Shown: piece by piece, positions 27,283-37,601 of the stretch
Layout: every line of letters starts with the position of its first letter
How positions within the stretch are numbered: position 1 is the first letter of the stretch
Source of the DNA: Clostridia bacterium
Lineage (GTDB): Bacteria; Bacillota; Clostridia; UMGS1883; UMGS1540
NCBI GenBank assembly: GCA_045533905.1
Contig: JAZSIR010000001.1
Span: 81,982-145,981, forward strand
Direction: 5' to 3'
Length of the DNA: 64,000 bases
The notes under the pieces: model-generated
The model's database searches: none
What the model saw: the letters and a program-made list of their open reading frames with translations, nothing else
Told to the model about the DNA's origin: nothing
Program-made: the position numbers and the translations under genes

Positions 27283-28310
27283 TTACTCTTCGCGAAGTGT
27301 ATATTTTTGAAGTAGCGGCAATTTATCGAGATACTTTCGGAGAATTTCCTGCGAGAAACCGTTATTCTCAATAATATCGCGGAAAAAGTAACCGCTCTTC
27401 TTAATTTTTCGTTCAAAGGTTTTAAAATTTACATCCACCAGCCCAAAGCGTGGCGCAAAGGTCCCCCACTCGTAATTATCTAAAAGTGACCAGTGCATAT
27501 AGCTTCGCACATCAATACCGCTTTCGATTGCCTCGTGTATGGCATTTAAATAGAGCGTAAGGTATACGATGCGGAAATCATCATCATAACAGCTGCACCC
27601 GTTTTCCGTGATGTGTACAGGCAAATCTTTCAGGCGGCTGAGCTGATGGATAATCGTTTCCGGATACATTTCACGGTGATAAAAACCTTCCATCGGAAGC
27701 ATCTTGATGTCCTTATGATGATACGGAAATGTTTTGGCATCGTCCCGCCCTGCATCCACCATACTTCTTGTGTAGATGTTGATAGCCCAGAAATCGCAGG
27801 TGTTTCGAATTTCCGTATCGAAATAGCCCTCGAGGAAGGGGAAAACCACCTCACCCGTGCGGATGGCGTGGAAGAAAAATTCGTTCACGTAGCAATCCTT
27901 AAGGCTCGCCGCGGCGTTATCAAACGTATCGTACTTGCGGTACGGCTCGAAAAGGATCATCGCGTGCGCCGTAGAGACAGGCGCCTTCGAATGCATCTTT
28001 ATAAAATGATAGCCCAGTGCATGGTAGCGGATGACGCTCATCTTATTTTTACAAGCTTCGATAGATGTGCCGCAGTTAAATTCATTCAGCACCGTCCACA
28101 TATCCACATACGGCGCAAAGATGGGAACAACCTTCGCAAGATATCTTTCAAAATAAGAAAGATTTTCGGGCGTATTCATCCCACCCTTTTCTTCGAACCA
28201 AAGCGGCAAAACGAAATGCACAAGCGTGAGGCAAACCTTGATGCCTCGCCTCTTTAAAGCATCCAGCTCGTACAGATAATGGTCGATCGCCTCTTTTGAG
28301 AATTCACCGG
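27283..28310 (-). pseudogene. N-terminally truncated GH1 glycoside hydrolase
   Basis: TLVHF.LP.WF, LNE, ITENG, WSLLDNYEW, RFGL present; conserved N-terminal FLWG..Q.EG / RFSIEW region absent. Confidence 0.8.
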
Positions 28311-28839
28311 AATACCCTTTCTCGAAATTTGCGGCTCGTCCGTAAAAAAGCCCCAAAACTGTTCCCAAACCGCTTATAGTACGGTTCATACGCAACTTCT
28401 ATGAATTTCTGAATGACATTTTATCGCACACATCCACATAATAGGGATTGACCTCATAATAAAACCAAAGGCCGTCCGCCGCGCCGATTTTGTTTTCCGT
28501 CGGCTCCGTATCGGTCATCCGCAAATATTTTTGCTGATATTCTATACCAAGCGCGCATACGGCACCATTTCCAAAGCCCGAAGGCCACCCATTTTCATCA
28601 TATGCCCACGGAAGCATATCGCGTGCTGCGCCTTCTTTGATTGCGGTTTCCACATTCTGAAACCATTCCTCTTCCATATAGGGCGGCATAAGACCGCCGC
28701 GCGCGTGCATGACATAGCCGCCGATACCGGCCTCCTGCATCATATGAATTTGCCGCGCCGTTTCGCTTTTTTCAAGCCTATCGTTCCAGCTCCAAAACGG
28801 CATTGCGCGATATTGGTTTGGAATTTTTTCGGAAAACAT
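28311..28839 (-). pseudogene. Frameshifted, truncated N-terminus of GH106/GH2-like glycoside hydrolase
   Basis: PFWSWN, GIGG..MHARGG, YDENGWPSG; continues by frameshifts to YEPYYKRFG / FFTDEPQ then stops. Confidence 0.75.
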
Positions 28840-28917
28840 CCTCTTCCCCTCCCTATGCGGCAAATCCCCCATTTTTCCTTCTTATCATTCTACCACAAAT
28901 CGCCAGAAAATGCAACG

Positions 28918-28975
28918 AAAAACGAAAAACCTCCGAAAAATTCTTTCAGAGGTTTTTCGTCTTTTTCTTTTTTCC
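28918..28975 (-). terminator. Intrinsic terminator-like hairpin after ald
   Basis: ACGAAAAACCTC...GAGGTTTTTCGT inverted repeat with T tracts. Confidence 0.7.
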
Positions 28976-29012
28976 GTTCAGAGGCCCGAAAGCGGCGCTT
29001 CCCTCACAAATC

Positions 29013-30125
29013 TCAGATGAGTTTTTCGATTTCGGTGTAGGTGTAGCCAAGGCTTTTGGCCACATTTTGATTGGTGCAATGATGCTTATAGATATTGACA
29101 CCTGCCAGAAGACCACGGTCCGCCTTGATTGCTTTTTCAAGACCGAGATTTGCGATGCACCGTGCATAGCCGAAAGTAACATTCGAAAGGGCAACGGTGG
29201 AGGTATAAGGAACAGCGCCCGGCATATTGCCGACACAGTAGTGCACAACGCCCTCTTCCGTAAATACGGGGTCTGTGTGCGTTGTCACGTGCGAGGATTC
29301 GCAGCAGCCGCCCTGGTCAATTGCGATATCCACAATAACGGCGCCTTTTTTCATAATGCTGAGATGCTCTCTTCTGATGAGCTTCGGCGTTTTGCCGCCC
29401 GGAATCAGCACAGAGCCGATGACAAGATCCGCGCTTTCAAGCGCTTTCCGTATATTCGCCTCGGTGCTGTAGAGGACAGTGACGGAAGAACCGAAAATAT
29501 CCTCGAGATACGAAAGGCGGTTCATATTGACATCCAAAAGGGTTACCTGCGCATCGCTACCGATAGCGGCCTTTGCGGCATACATACCGGCGACACCGCC
29601 GCCGATGATTACAATTTTGCCTCTTTCCACGCCCGGCACACCGCCGAGAAGGATGCCACGGCCACCAAAACTCCGTTCCAGATATTTAGCGCCCTCCTGA
29701 ATACTGAGACGGCCTGCAATCTGGCTCATCGGGCGAAGGCACGGGAGGTTGCCTCCGTCATCTGTAATCGTTTCGTAAGCCACGGCCGTAACACCACTCT
29801 TCAAAAGTGCCTCGCCTAAAGAAGGATTCGGGGCAAGATGAAGATATGTGAATAAAATCTGTCCCTCACGAAGATACGCATATTCACACGGTTCCGGTTC
29901 CTTGACCTTGATAATCATATCCGCTTTTTCAAAAACTTCTGCCGGCGTTTCGATGATAACGGCCCCGGCTTCTTTATACATTTCGTCCGTAAATCCGGCC
30001 CCTTCTCCGGCACGGGTTTCTACATAAACAGAGTGGCCTTCCCCGATAAATGCAGCGGCATTATCCGGTGTTATCCCTACTCTGTACTCGTGATTTTTCA
30101 GCTCTCTTGTGGTTCCGATTTTCAT
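29013..30125 (-). CDS. ald: Alanine dehydrogenase
   Basis: E.RV..TP, KVKEP, FTYLHLA, PMS.IAGR, GILLGGVPGV, DIAIDQGG, NMPGAVP. Confidence 0.96.
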   Translation of the reverse strand: MKIGTTRELKNHEYRVGITPDNAAAFIGEGHSVYVETRAGEGAGFTDEMYKEAGAVIIETPAEVFEKADMIIKVKEPEPCEYAYLREGQILFTYLHLAPNPSLGEALLKSGVTAVAYETITDDGGNLPCLRPMSQIAGRLSIQEGAKYLERSFGGRGILLGGVPGVERGKIVIIGGGVAGMYAAKAAIGSDAQVTLLDVNMNRLSYLEDIFGSSVTVLYSTEANIRKALESADLVIGSVLIPGGKTPKLIRREHLSIMKKGAVIVDIAIDQGGCCESSHVTTHTDPVFTEEGVVHYCVGNMPGAVPYTSTVALSNVTFGYARCIANLGLEKAIKADRGLLAGVNIYKHHCTNQNVAKSLGYTYTEIEKLI

Positions 30126-30271
30126 ATCGTTTCCCCCTTTTATAGTTGTAGCTCCTCAATTATTTTTGCCAAAAAGCCAAAAGCAAAAAAACAATTGCAT
30201 ATTTCATATTTTAACAGAATTATTTTCTTTGTCAATGGTATTTTTGCATAGTTTCAGAAAAAAATACAGTC

Positions 30272-30319
30272 AAAAAGCCAAAATGCAAGAAAATTTTTTC
30301 TCGTATTTTGGCTTTTTTG
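30272..30319 (-). terminator. Intrinsic terminator-like hairpin in azgA-ald intergenic region
   Basis: AAAAAGCCAAAAT...ATTTTGGCTTTTT. Confidence 0.65.
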
Positions 30320-30350
30320 TATCTGTTTTCTTTTTATTTGTCGAATATAG

Positions 30351-30538
30351 CCACGGACGTTTATTCCGCCGACAGCGAACAGATCGCTTTGCCGAGCCCC
30401 AACACCTTTATATTGTGATGTTAAGTTTTCTCAGATAGGTTCAGCCGCTTTCTGCCGTTTTTCAATAAGTAAGGCGTTCGAGCCCTTTTACCCATTGCAC
30501 AGAGAAATTTTTCTGCCTTTTCGCAAAACTTTCCGTAA
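30351..30538 (-). ncRNA. Candidate structured RNA (unassigned; 6S-like size/architecture)
   Basis: Nested stems found by eye (UUACGGA/UCCGUGG; GGGCUCgAACGCC/GGUGUUgGGGCUC); lies between two terminators. Confidence 0.4.
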
Positions 30539-30596
30539 TGTCGCTTCATATTTTGTTGACAAATTCAGTATGCCATAATTGCAAAATAAAAACAAC

Positions 30597-30626
30597 AAAA
30601 AAGGCGACCGTCTGATCGCCTTTTTT
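30597..30626 (-). terminator. Intrinsic terminator after NCS2 permease
   Basis: AAAAAAGGCGA...TCGCCTTTTTT. Confidence 0.75.
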
Positions 30627-30637
30627 CATTTGGTTTA

Positions 30638-32002
30638 TTATGCGATTGTGGTGTAGATATAGATTGCAAAGAGTGCAACAGAAATCCACATAATCGGGGA
30701 AATATCTTTTGCCTTGCCGGTGAGGAGCTTTAATACAACCCACGAAATCATAGCGAACATAATGCCGGTTGCGATGGAGTATGCGAACGGCATCATAATG
30801 ATTGCCAAGAAGCCGCCGATAGCATCTGCCACGTCGCCGTCAAAGTCCATCTTCGTTACTGCCGAAAGCATAAGCAAACCTACGAACAGCATAGCCGGTG
30901 TGGTTGCAAAGCCGGGGATTGCGAGGAAAATCGGTGCAAACGGAATGGCAATCAAGAAGAGGATACCGGTTGTGAGAGCCGTGAGACCTGTTCTACCGCC
31001 TGCCGCTACACCTGCAGAAGATTCTACATAGCTTGTAACGGTGGAAGTGCCGAGGCATGCGCCTGCTACTGTACCTACAGCGTCTGCCATAAGTGCGCCG
31101 CCGGCTTTCGGGAGAGAACCGTCTTCTGCTAAAAGATCACCCTTCTGTGCTACGCCGATGAGTGTACCAACGGTATCAAAGATATCGGTGTAAAGGAAGG
31201 TGAACATTACAACGGCAAATGCCATGAAGTTTTCTGCGATGAAAGCAAAGTCAAACTGGAAGAGTGCCGGTGCGGCAAAGTTTGCCTTGATGGATTCCCA
31301 AGAAAGCGAGGGAATCAAAGAATATACACCTGCTTCAATATCTACTACGTACCAGCCAATGAGTTCGGCAAGGATGCCAAGTACCCATGTAGCCAAAATA
31401 CCGATTAAGATATCGCCCTTAACCTTGTAGTGATGCAGTACACCGATGATTAAAAGGCCAACCATAGCCAGAACAACCTGCGGAGAGCCGAGGTTTCCAA
31501 GGCCTACCAAGGTGGAATCGTTATTTACCACAACGCCTGCATTGATGAGGGCAATAATTGCGATAAAGAGACCGATACCGGCTGTGATACCAAGCTTTAA
31601 GTTTTTAGGAATTTTGTTAACGAGAGCTTCTCTGAACTTGAAGATGGAAAGAATCATAAAAATGATACCTTCAAGCAAAATAGCAGTAAGTGCTACTTTG
31701 TAAGAGTAACCCATGGTTAAACATACTGTGTAGGTAAAGAACGCGTTAAGTCCCATACCGGATGCGAGTGCTACGGGGTAGTTTGCGAAAAATGCCATAC
31801 AGATTGTTGCGATTGCAGCAGAAAGTGCCGTTGCCATAAAGATGGCAGGTGCGCCCGGGCCATCCGGAATGATGCCGAGCATACCGGGGTTTACCGCCAG
31901 AATGTAGGACATTGCCAAAAAGGTTGTGATACCGGCGATAATTTCTGTCTTGACGTTGGTGCCGTGCTCTTTGAGCTTGAAAAATTTCTCCATTTTTCTC
32001 AT
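30638..32002 (-). CDS. NCS2/AzgA-family guanine/hypoxanthine permease
   Basis: EIIAGITTFLAM.YI..VNP, GMGLNAFF, FDTVGTL, YVES.AGV..GGRTG. Confidence 0.94.
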   Translation of the reverse strand: MRKMEKFFKLKEHGTNVKTEIIAGITTFLAMSYILAVNPGMLGIIPDGPGAPAIFMATALSAAIATICMAFFANYPVALASGMGLNAFFTYTVCLTMGYSYKVALTAILLEGIIFMILSIFKFREALVNKIPKNLKLGITAGIGLFIAIIALINAGVVVNNDSTLVGLGNLGSPQVVLAMVGLLIIGVLHHYKVKGDILIGILATWVLGILAELIGWYVVDIEAGVYSLIPSLSWESIKANFAAPALFQFDFAFIAENFMAFAVVMFTFLYTDIFDTVGTLIGVAQKGDLLAEDGSLPKAGGALMADAVGTVAGACLGTSTVTSYVESSAGVAAGGRTGLTALTTGILFLIAIPFAPIFLAIPGFATTPAMLFVGLLMLSAVTKMDFDGDVADAIGGFLAIIMMPFAYSIATGIMFAMISWVVLKLLTGKAKDISPIMWISVALFAIYIYTTIA

Positions 32003-32103
32003 CCTCCGTATATAATTTTAGGTATTGCCACTTTGAGTATACCATATAAAATGGAAAAAGGCAACTCCTAAAACAGAAATTGCCTCTTTTTTTGCTATAT
32101 TTT

Positions 32104-33567
32104 TTATTTTTCCTCGTATGCCGAGAGCATCGGCTTTACATCCTCGTTCTTTACAGTTCTTGCAAGATAGTTTTTCGTAATCTTAAACACAGTGCCGGAA
32201 AGAACCAAAAGACCGATAAGGTTCGGGATTGCCATAAGGCCGTTGAAGGTATCGGAAATATCCCAGGCGAGGGAAAGGTCCATCGTTGCGCCTACCATAA
32301 TGATACTGATGAAGATTGCCTTATATGCATCAGTGGTAGTTTTGCCAAAAAGGAAGTGGCAAGACTTAGAACCATAAATGAACCAACCGATAACTGTAGA
32401 AATCGCAAAGAAGAAGATTGCGATAGTTGCAAAGTATCCACCAACAACGCCGAAAGTATTTTCAAACGCTTTGGTAACCAGTACAGATGCACTGCCTTCA
32501 GCAAAGCCGGCAGCAACCAAACCGGTAGACAAGTCAATAACGCCGGAAGTAAGGATAACGAGTGCAGTAAGTGTGCAGATAACGATGGTATCCACGAATA
32601 CCTCGAACACACCCCACATACCCTGCTTTGCAGGTTCTTTTACGTCTGCCGTAGAGTGAACAAGAGCTGATGAACCAAGACCTGCCTCGTTGGAGAATAC
32701 ACCACGAGCGATACCTTTCTGTGCAGCCAACATGATAGTTGCACCGATAGCACCACCGGCAATAGAATTAAAGCCAAATGCACCTTTGAAGATTGCAACA
32801 AAAGCATTACCAAGCTGACCGAAGTTGAGTGCAACGATAACTACAGCGCCAATGATGTAGAAAATGGACATAAAAGGAACGAGGAATTCTGTGAAAGATG
32901 CAACTCTCTTCAAACCGCCAAGTGCCATAAACGCCATCAATGCCATCAGGATAACCCCTGTAACTACTACAGGGATATTGAATGTTGCATTAAAGTTTGC
33001 TGCAATTGTGTTGATCTGGCTCATATTACCGATACCGAAGGATGCAATAATGCAGAATACTGCAAAGAGAACGCCCAAGATTGAACCAACAATCTTAAGA
33101 CCTTTTTTAGCAGAAAAACCTTCCTTCAGGTAAACCATAGCTCCACCTAGCCATTCGCCGTCCGGCGTTTTTTTACGGTAGTAAAGACCGAGAACGATTT
33201 CTGCATATTTGGTCATCATACCAAAGAATGCAGCGAGCCACATCCAGAAAATTGCACCGGGGCCACCTGCTACAATAGCAGTTGTAACGCCGACAACATT
33301 ACCAACACCAACCGTTCCGCCCAGAGCTGTGCACAATGCCTGGAATGATGAAATCGACTTTGCATCTTTGTTGGTTTTCTCACTTTTCTTAAAGAGAGTA
33401 CCAAAAGTGTTCTTCATCCAGAGACCAATTTTCCCTACCTGGAAAAACTTAAGCCCGCATGTGAGGAATATACCTGTGCCTACCAGAAAAACAAGCATCA
33501 CAGGGCCCCAGACCCAGCCATTGATTGTGCCGTTAATTTTTTCAACGGCGCTCAGAAAACCTTCCAT
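32104..33567 (-). CDS. Sodium:alanine/glycine symporter (AlsT/AgcS family)
   Basis: GTVGVGN, GGPGAIFWMW, GIARGVFSNEAGLGS, DT.VICT.TA, MAIPN. Confidence 0.95.
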   Translation of the reverse strand: MEGFLSAVEKINGTINGWVWGPVMLVFLVGTGIFLTCGLKFFQVGKIGLWMKNTFGTLFKKSEKTNKDAKSISSFQALCTALGGTVGVGNVVGVTTAIVAGGPGAIFWMWLAAFFGMMTKYAEIVLGLYYRKKTPDGEWLGGAMVYLKEGFSAKKGLKIVGSILGVLFAVFCIIASFGIGNMSQINTIAANFNATFNIPVVVTGVILMALMAFMALGGLKRVASFTEFLVPFMSIFYIIGAVVIVALNFGQLGNAFVAIFKGAFGFNSIAGGAIGATIMLAAQKGIARGVFSNEAGLGSSALVHSTADVKEPAKQGMWGVFEVFVDTIVICTLTALVILTSGVIDLSTGLVAAGFAEGSASVLVTKAFENTFGVVGGYFATIAIFFFAISTVIGWFIYGSKSCHFLFGKTTTDAYKAIFISIIMVGATMDLSLAWDISDTFNGLMAIPNLIGLLVLSGTVFKITKNYLARTVKNEDVKPMLSAYEEK

Positions 33568-33682
33568 TTTTTTGCCTCCCAAAGTATATTTTTTTAATTT
33601 AACATAGTAAAAGCCACCTTGGCTTTCAAGGCGGCTCCGGATCCTTTGCATTAAAACAGCAATGCACTGACTGCTATTCCTT

Positions 33683-33855
33683 GCTCCGTCCTTTTGCCTG
33701 AGAGATTAGCCCGTAAAGAGCTTTACACCTTCGGCATCCTTTTGGCTTCTCTAAAGAAGCCGGACTTCTCCGGAGTGCTATCCACGTGCAGTCTCTACTA
33801 AAAGCGCCTGAGAGCATTACTCCTTCGGCAAGGCTAACGCCTTTCTCCTGCACAC
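33683..33855 (-). promoter_or_regulatory. Tandem glycine riboswitch
   Basis: Two aptamers each GGAGA...CCGAAGG...CTCTCAGG; hairpin at 33612-33636 downstream; canonical context upstream of AlsT. Confidence 0.93.
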
Positions 33856-33886
33856 TTCACCTAGCTACAATATTAAATCGCATATT

Positions 33887-33915
33887 AGTATATACCGTTT
33901 TTTATGTTTTGTCAA
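33887..33915 (-). promoter_or_regulatory. Sigma-A promoter for riboswitch/symporter
   Basis: TTGACA-17-TATACT. Confidence 0.8.
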
Positions 33916-33942
33916 GCATTTTCTTGCAAAAACGGCCAAAAT

Positions 33943-35010
33943 TTATTGAAACACTTCCTGCAGCACCTTTTCAGTTCGTTCACCAAAAAGCGGACCGTTA
34001 TGTATCTGGTGCGAATCCAGCTGCCCGTCATACAGATTTGCCTCAATCAAAACCGGTTCTCCGCTTTCCAGAATGGAAACATCCCAGGCTACCATACGGA
34101 AATCCGGAACCATAAGGCTCGCTTTCGTCACAAGCTCCTTTGCCTTATCAAAGGACGGGAGTGCATACCCTTCAAACACAACACCGGAAGTGGGATGCAC
34201 GGAAACGAATCTTTTCTTTTCCACACAGGCTTCCTTTTTCAGCCTGCCTTCCTCGTCGATGCCGATGGTCATACCGCCACTGGAGGAATTATCCACCTTC
34301 GTTTCCCCAACGCCCATACGCAAAATGGCCGAAAGGATGACCGTCTCCTCCTCCGTAAGAAGCGTGATGATACGAATGGTGTTGACGGAAGTGGGGTTGA
34401 TTTTGCCCAGCACCTCATGCTGGCGGATGCCTCTCTGAATCGCAATATCTGCCGTGATACCGCGGATAGCATTTTCAAACTGTTCTTCCTTAAAATCGCG
34501 GCAGTCCAGATATCGTACGCCGTGCCCGCCGCCGGAGCCTTCTGCACATTTTACAAAGACCTCTTCTTCCGAAGAAAGCAACTCTACTACCTGTTCCTTA
34601 CGTATGCGTTCCCCATCCCGGTACCAGAACCCGTTGATTCTGCTGGCAACCAGCTTGGGCTGCAAAATACCCGGGAACATCTGGGGATAGTAGCACTTAT
34701 TGTCGAGGACTTTTGCTTTTCGATAATTGTTGAAATAAGGCTGAACGTCATTGTAATATACTTCATCCGGAATGTACTCCTTATGAAATTCGCCGTATTT
34801 CTCGGTATAAAAATTATGATACAGCATAGGGACCTTTTTGTAGGGCGCCCAAAAACCTGCGGCTTCCTTTGCCATTTCCTTCGAAAGCACCCACTTTTCT
34901 GTCTGCACCGTTTTCAGCTTCCGTACGAGGCGCCGCATATGTACTTGTCTTATGCAAGAAAAGATGGTTTCATAAGAATTTCTGAAATTCAGTATTGCTT
35001 TTGTTTTCAT
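33943..35010 (-). CDS. Sugar-transfer associated ATP-grasp domain protein
   Basis: DNK, K...GSGGG.GV, Q..I.QH..L..INP.SVNT.RI.T, VDN...GG, AWD, IEAN. Confidence 0.88.
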   Translation of the reverse strand: MKTKAILNFRNSYETIFSCIRQVHMRRLVRKLKTVQTEKWVLSKEMAKEAAGFWAPYKKVPMLYHNFYTEKYGEFHKEYIPDEVYYNDVQPYFNNYRKAKVLDNKCYYPQMFPGILQPKLVASRINGFWYRDGERIRKEQVVELLSSEEEVFVKCAEGSGGGHGVRYLDCRDFKEEQFENAIRGITADIAIQRGIRQHEVLGKINPTSVNTIRIITLLTEEETVILSAILRMGVGETKVDNSSSGGMTIGIDEEGRLKKEACVEKKRFVSVHPTSGVVFEGYALPSFDKAKELVTKASLMVPDFRMVAWDVSILESGEPVLIEANLYDGQLDSHQIHNGPLFGERTEKVLQEVFQ

Positions 35011-35094
35011 ATTACCGGGTCCTCCTTTATTCTGTATTCCATTTATAGTATACACCTAAAAAGTACAGTTTGCAATAGCTAAATGCGTGCCGGA

Positions 35095-35817
35095 TCACAG
35101 AGCGATTTCCTTATACTTTTCGAAATATCTTCTGCCGAGTTCCCGACAGGCTCTGGAATCGAAATGCACGCCGTCCGCTTTCAGAGAAAGCTCCTCCACA
35201 GAGACAAGGCCGCATAAGGGTAGCTCTTTCCGGAGGTTTTCCAGAAGAAGATTCATTTTCCCGATACCGTCGAGCTTCCATTTCGGATCAATTTTATCCG
35301 AAATTTTGCCGATGACGATCGGGAGGTTTTCGCCGAGTTCTCTTCGGAAACCTGCCATTACTTCGAGAAAATCCTGTCTGTACGCCTCTTCGTCAAAGGC
35401 TTGACAATCGCTTTCGCCCTGGTGCCAGAGGATGCCGCAAAGCTCTGAAGACCGCTCGGCAAACTTCGCCTCGGCGACAGCATGATCAAAAAGCACCTCG
35501 CCCGGGCGCCACTCGCAAATCCGGCTGCCGCCATCCGCGCACGGGATGAGGCCGATTTCGTTTCCGGTATGTTTTGCAAGTGCATCCGCAAAGCTTGCGG
35601 AAAGGCCTATGCCGCTATGAAATTTCCCTTCAAATATCGCTCTGTCGGGATTTATCGGCTCGCACATCGGCTGCCATCTGCCGTTACGGAGCATAAAACA
35701 GGAAGCGTTTCGAATCGGCTCTACCTCGCCAAACTCACCGCGCCCTGCCATATTTGACTGCCCGACCAGTAAAAACGAGCGTATTTTTTCTTTTTTTGCG
35801 ATACCGTCACAAATCAT
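35095..35817 (-). CDS. Sialate O-acetylesterase (SASA/CE6-like) SGNH protein
   Basis: GQSNMAGRG, GLIPCA.GG, LWHQGESD, DGVHF. Confidence 0.9.
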   Translation of the reverse strand: MICDGIAKKEKIRSFLLVGQSNMAGRGEFGEVEPIRNASCFMLRNGRWQPMCEPINPDRAIFEGKFHSGIGLSASFADALAKHTGNEIGLIPCADGGSRICEWRPGEVLFDHAVAEAKFAERSSELCGILWHQGESDCQAFDEEAYRQDFLEVMAGFRRELGENLPIVIGKISDKIDPKWKLDGIGKMNLLLENLRKELPLCGLVSVEELSLKADGVHFDSRACRELGRRYFEKYKEIAL

Positions 35818-35830
35818 TGTAATTTTCCTT

Positions 35831-36661
35831 TTACAGATACTGTTTTTCGATGTAGTCCACGATATGTTCTTCGTTGGAGCATATCTTCTCATCGGCAATT
35901 TTCAAAAGCGCCTCGCAACCGTTCGAAACGGCAAGGCCAAGACCTGCGGCACTTATGAGACTGCTGTCATTATCGCTGTCACCTACGCCGATTGTTGCCT
36001 CTCGCGGCACGCCGAGCATATCCGCAAGACTGTAAAGCGCATTCCCCTTGCCTGCCTCTATGTTCATAATTTCAAGATTGTATTCGCTGACTTCCACAGC
36101 CTTCATCGTACCCGTTTGTTCGATACGCTCCCGACAACGAATTTTATCCTCGTACTTCCGGAAGAATATGGAGAAAACCTCTACATCCTCTACCTTCTGC
36201 AGATGAGAATCAAACTCCGAAAGTAACACGGCAAAGTCACGAATGACCACCTGATGCGCTTCAATCACGTTATACTTCTCAAAGGATTCTTCATTCTGGT
36301 ACCTTGCATCCACGAAGCACTCTCCGCCCTTTCGGTACGTGATATGCACATCGTACGAGGTGAAAATATCAATCGCCGTTCGCGCATCCTTTCCCGATAT
36401 GCATTTCTGTATGCGGTGACCCGTTTCTCTGTCGTACACCACCGCCCCGTTTGAATGAATCACATAGCGGCAAGAAGGAATCGCCAGGATATTCTTCGGA
36501 ATCTCGGAGTAGGTACGCCCCGTGCACGGCACAAAGACAACGCCCTTCTGCAAGACGCGGTCGATGGCCGCAAGATTTTCCGCGCTTACCTCGGCGTTAT
36601 TATTTAGAAGTGTGCCGTCAAGATCGCTTGCAATAATTTTATAGTTTTCCATTTCGTCCAT
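35831..36661 (-). CDS. Cof-type HAD-IIB hydrolase
   Basis: DLDGTLL, TGR, NGA, KG, GDSDND. Confidence 0.93.
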   Translation of the reverse strand: MDEMENYKIIASDLDGTLLNNNAEVSAENLAAIDRVLQKGVVFVPCTGRTYSEIPKNILAIPSCRYVIHSNGAVVYDRETGHRIQKCISGKDARTAIDIFTSYDVHITYRKGGECFVDARYQNEESFEKYNVIEAHQVVIRDFAVLLSEFDSHLQKVEDVEVFSIFFRKYEDKIRCRERIEQTGTMKAVEVSEYNLEIMNIEAGKGNALYSLADMLGVPREATIGVGDSDNDSSLISAAGLGLAVSNGCEALLKIADEKICSNEEHIVDYIEKQYL

Positions 36662-36689
36662 TCCCCTCTGTCTATTTTACCTCTTCCCT

Positions 36690-37583
36690 CTACCGGGCAG
36701 AAAACTGAATCGGATATGTGCGTAAAATTTCTTCTGCTGTCCAGAGATTAGCCTTATGTGTGTAGTGCACGTGGTCCTCTATAAAAATACCATTCCCGCT
36801 CACGTCTTGCCGATAAAGCGGGCAATTTTTAATATCGAAAAGGGATATATTTTCATACTCTGCGGCGAGCTTTTCAAAGATGCCGTTTATGTACCGCACC
36901 TTCCGGAGCATTTCACCGCTCGGATCGCGTTCCATACACCGTTCCTCCGAAGCACGAAGGTGCAAAATTACCGGCGCAATGCGGCCGATGCTTTTTGTAA
37001 AGCCTTCAAAAAGCGCTTTGTGTATATGCTCCCCCGTTTTCTCCAGCACTTCCCACGAGGCCAGCGCATCATTTTCACTGCCGCGCCAGTGGATACCCAT
37101 CACTTCAAATGGCTTGCCCATCTCCGCAAAGCTCTTTTCGAGAAGAGAAAGAATATGGTTTGTAAACGGCGTAAGCGCTATATCCACGATTCCCTGCACG
37201 CCCGGTACAAGCTTTCTTTCGTAAGCCGGATGCCACATATACCCTTCCGTTACCCCTTGCGCGCCGATGGCGATATGCACGATATATAAATCGGGCAAAT
37301 TCCGGGGGTTGCCGGCATCAATTTCATCCTGCCATATGCGGGCAAGGCAATTGGCCACGGAATACGTATGGTCCTGCGCTTCGCCGAGATTCATCCCACC
37401 GCTCGTGTATCCGCTGAAGGAAAGCCGGGAAACATCGAAAGACTGGTTTTCTTTGCGGCAGAGGCCGAAAACATTCGTAAGCGGCTCTGTGATTTTATCC
37501 GCCTCGCGCATAGGAAGCGCGTGCCCCACGGCATTAGACTGGCCGAGTAATATAAACACAGCTGCTTTTTCGGTTTTGTGCAT
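36690..37583 (-). CDS. SASA-like SGNH hydrolase
   Basis: LGQSNAVG, A.GA, W.GSEND, DHVHY. Confidence 0.75.
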   Translation of the reverse strand: MHKTEKAAVFILLGQSNAVGHALPMREADKITEPLTNVFGLCRKENQSFDVSRLSFSGYTSGGMNLGEAQDHTYSVANCLARIWQDEIDAGNPRNLPDLYIVHIAIGAQGVTEGYMWHPAYERKLVPGVQGIVDIALTPFTNHILSLLEKSFAEMGKPFEVMGIHWRGSENDALASWEVLEKTGEHIHKALFEGFTKSIGRIAPVILHLRASEERCMERDPSGEMLRKVRYINGIFEKLAAEYENISLFDIKNCPLYRQDVSGNGIFIEDHVHYTHKANLWTAEEILRTYPIQFSAR

Positions 37584-37601
37584 ACTGGTTCCCCCTTCGT
37601 C

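Noticed and set aside
30440-30520. tRNA (GTTCGAG resembles a T-loop)
   Set aside because: No acceptor/D/anticodon arms could be formed.
32003-32100. Purine riboswitch before the NCS2 permease
   Set aside because: Region is short and contains only a terminator and promoter; no aptamer motifs seen.
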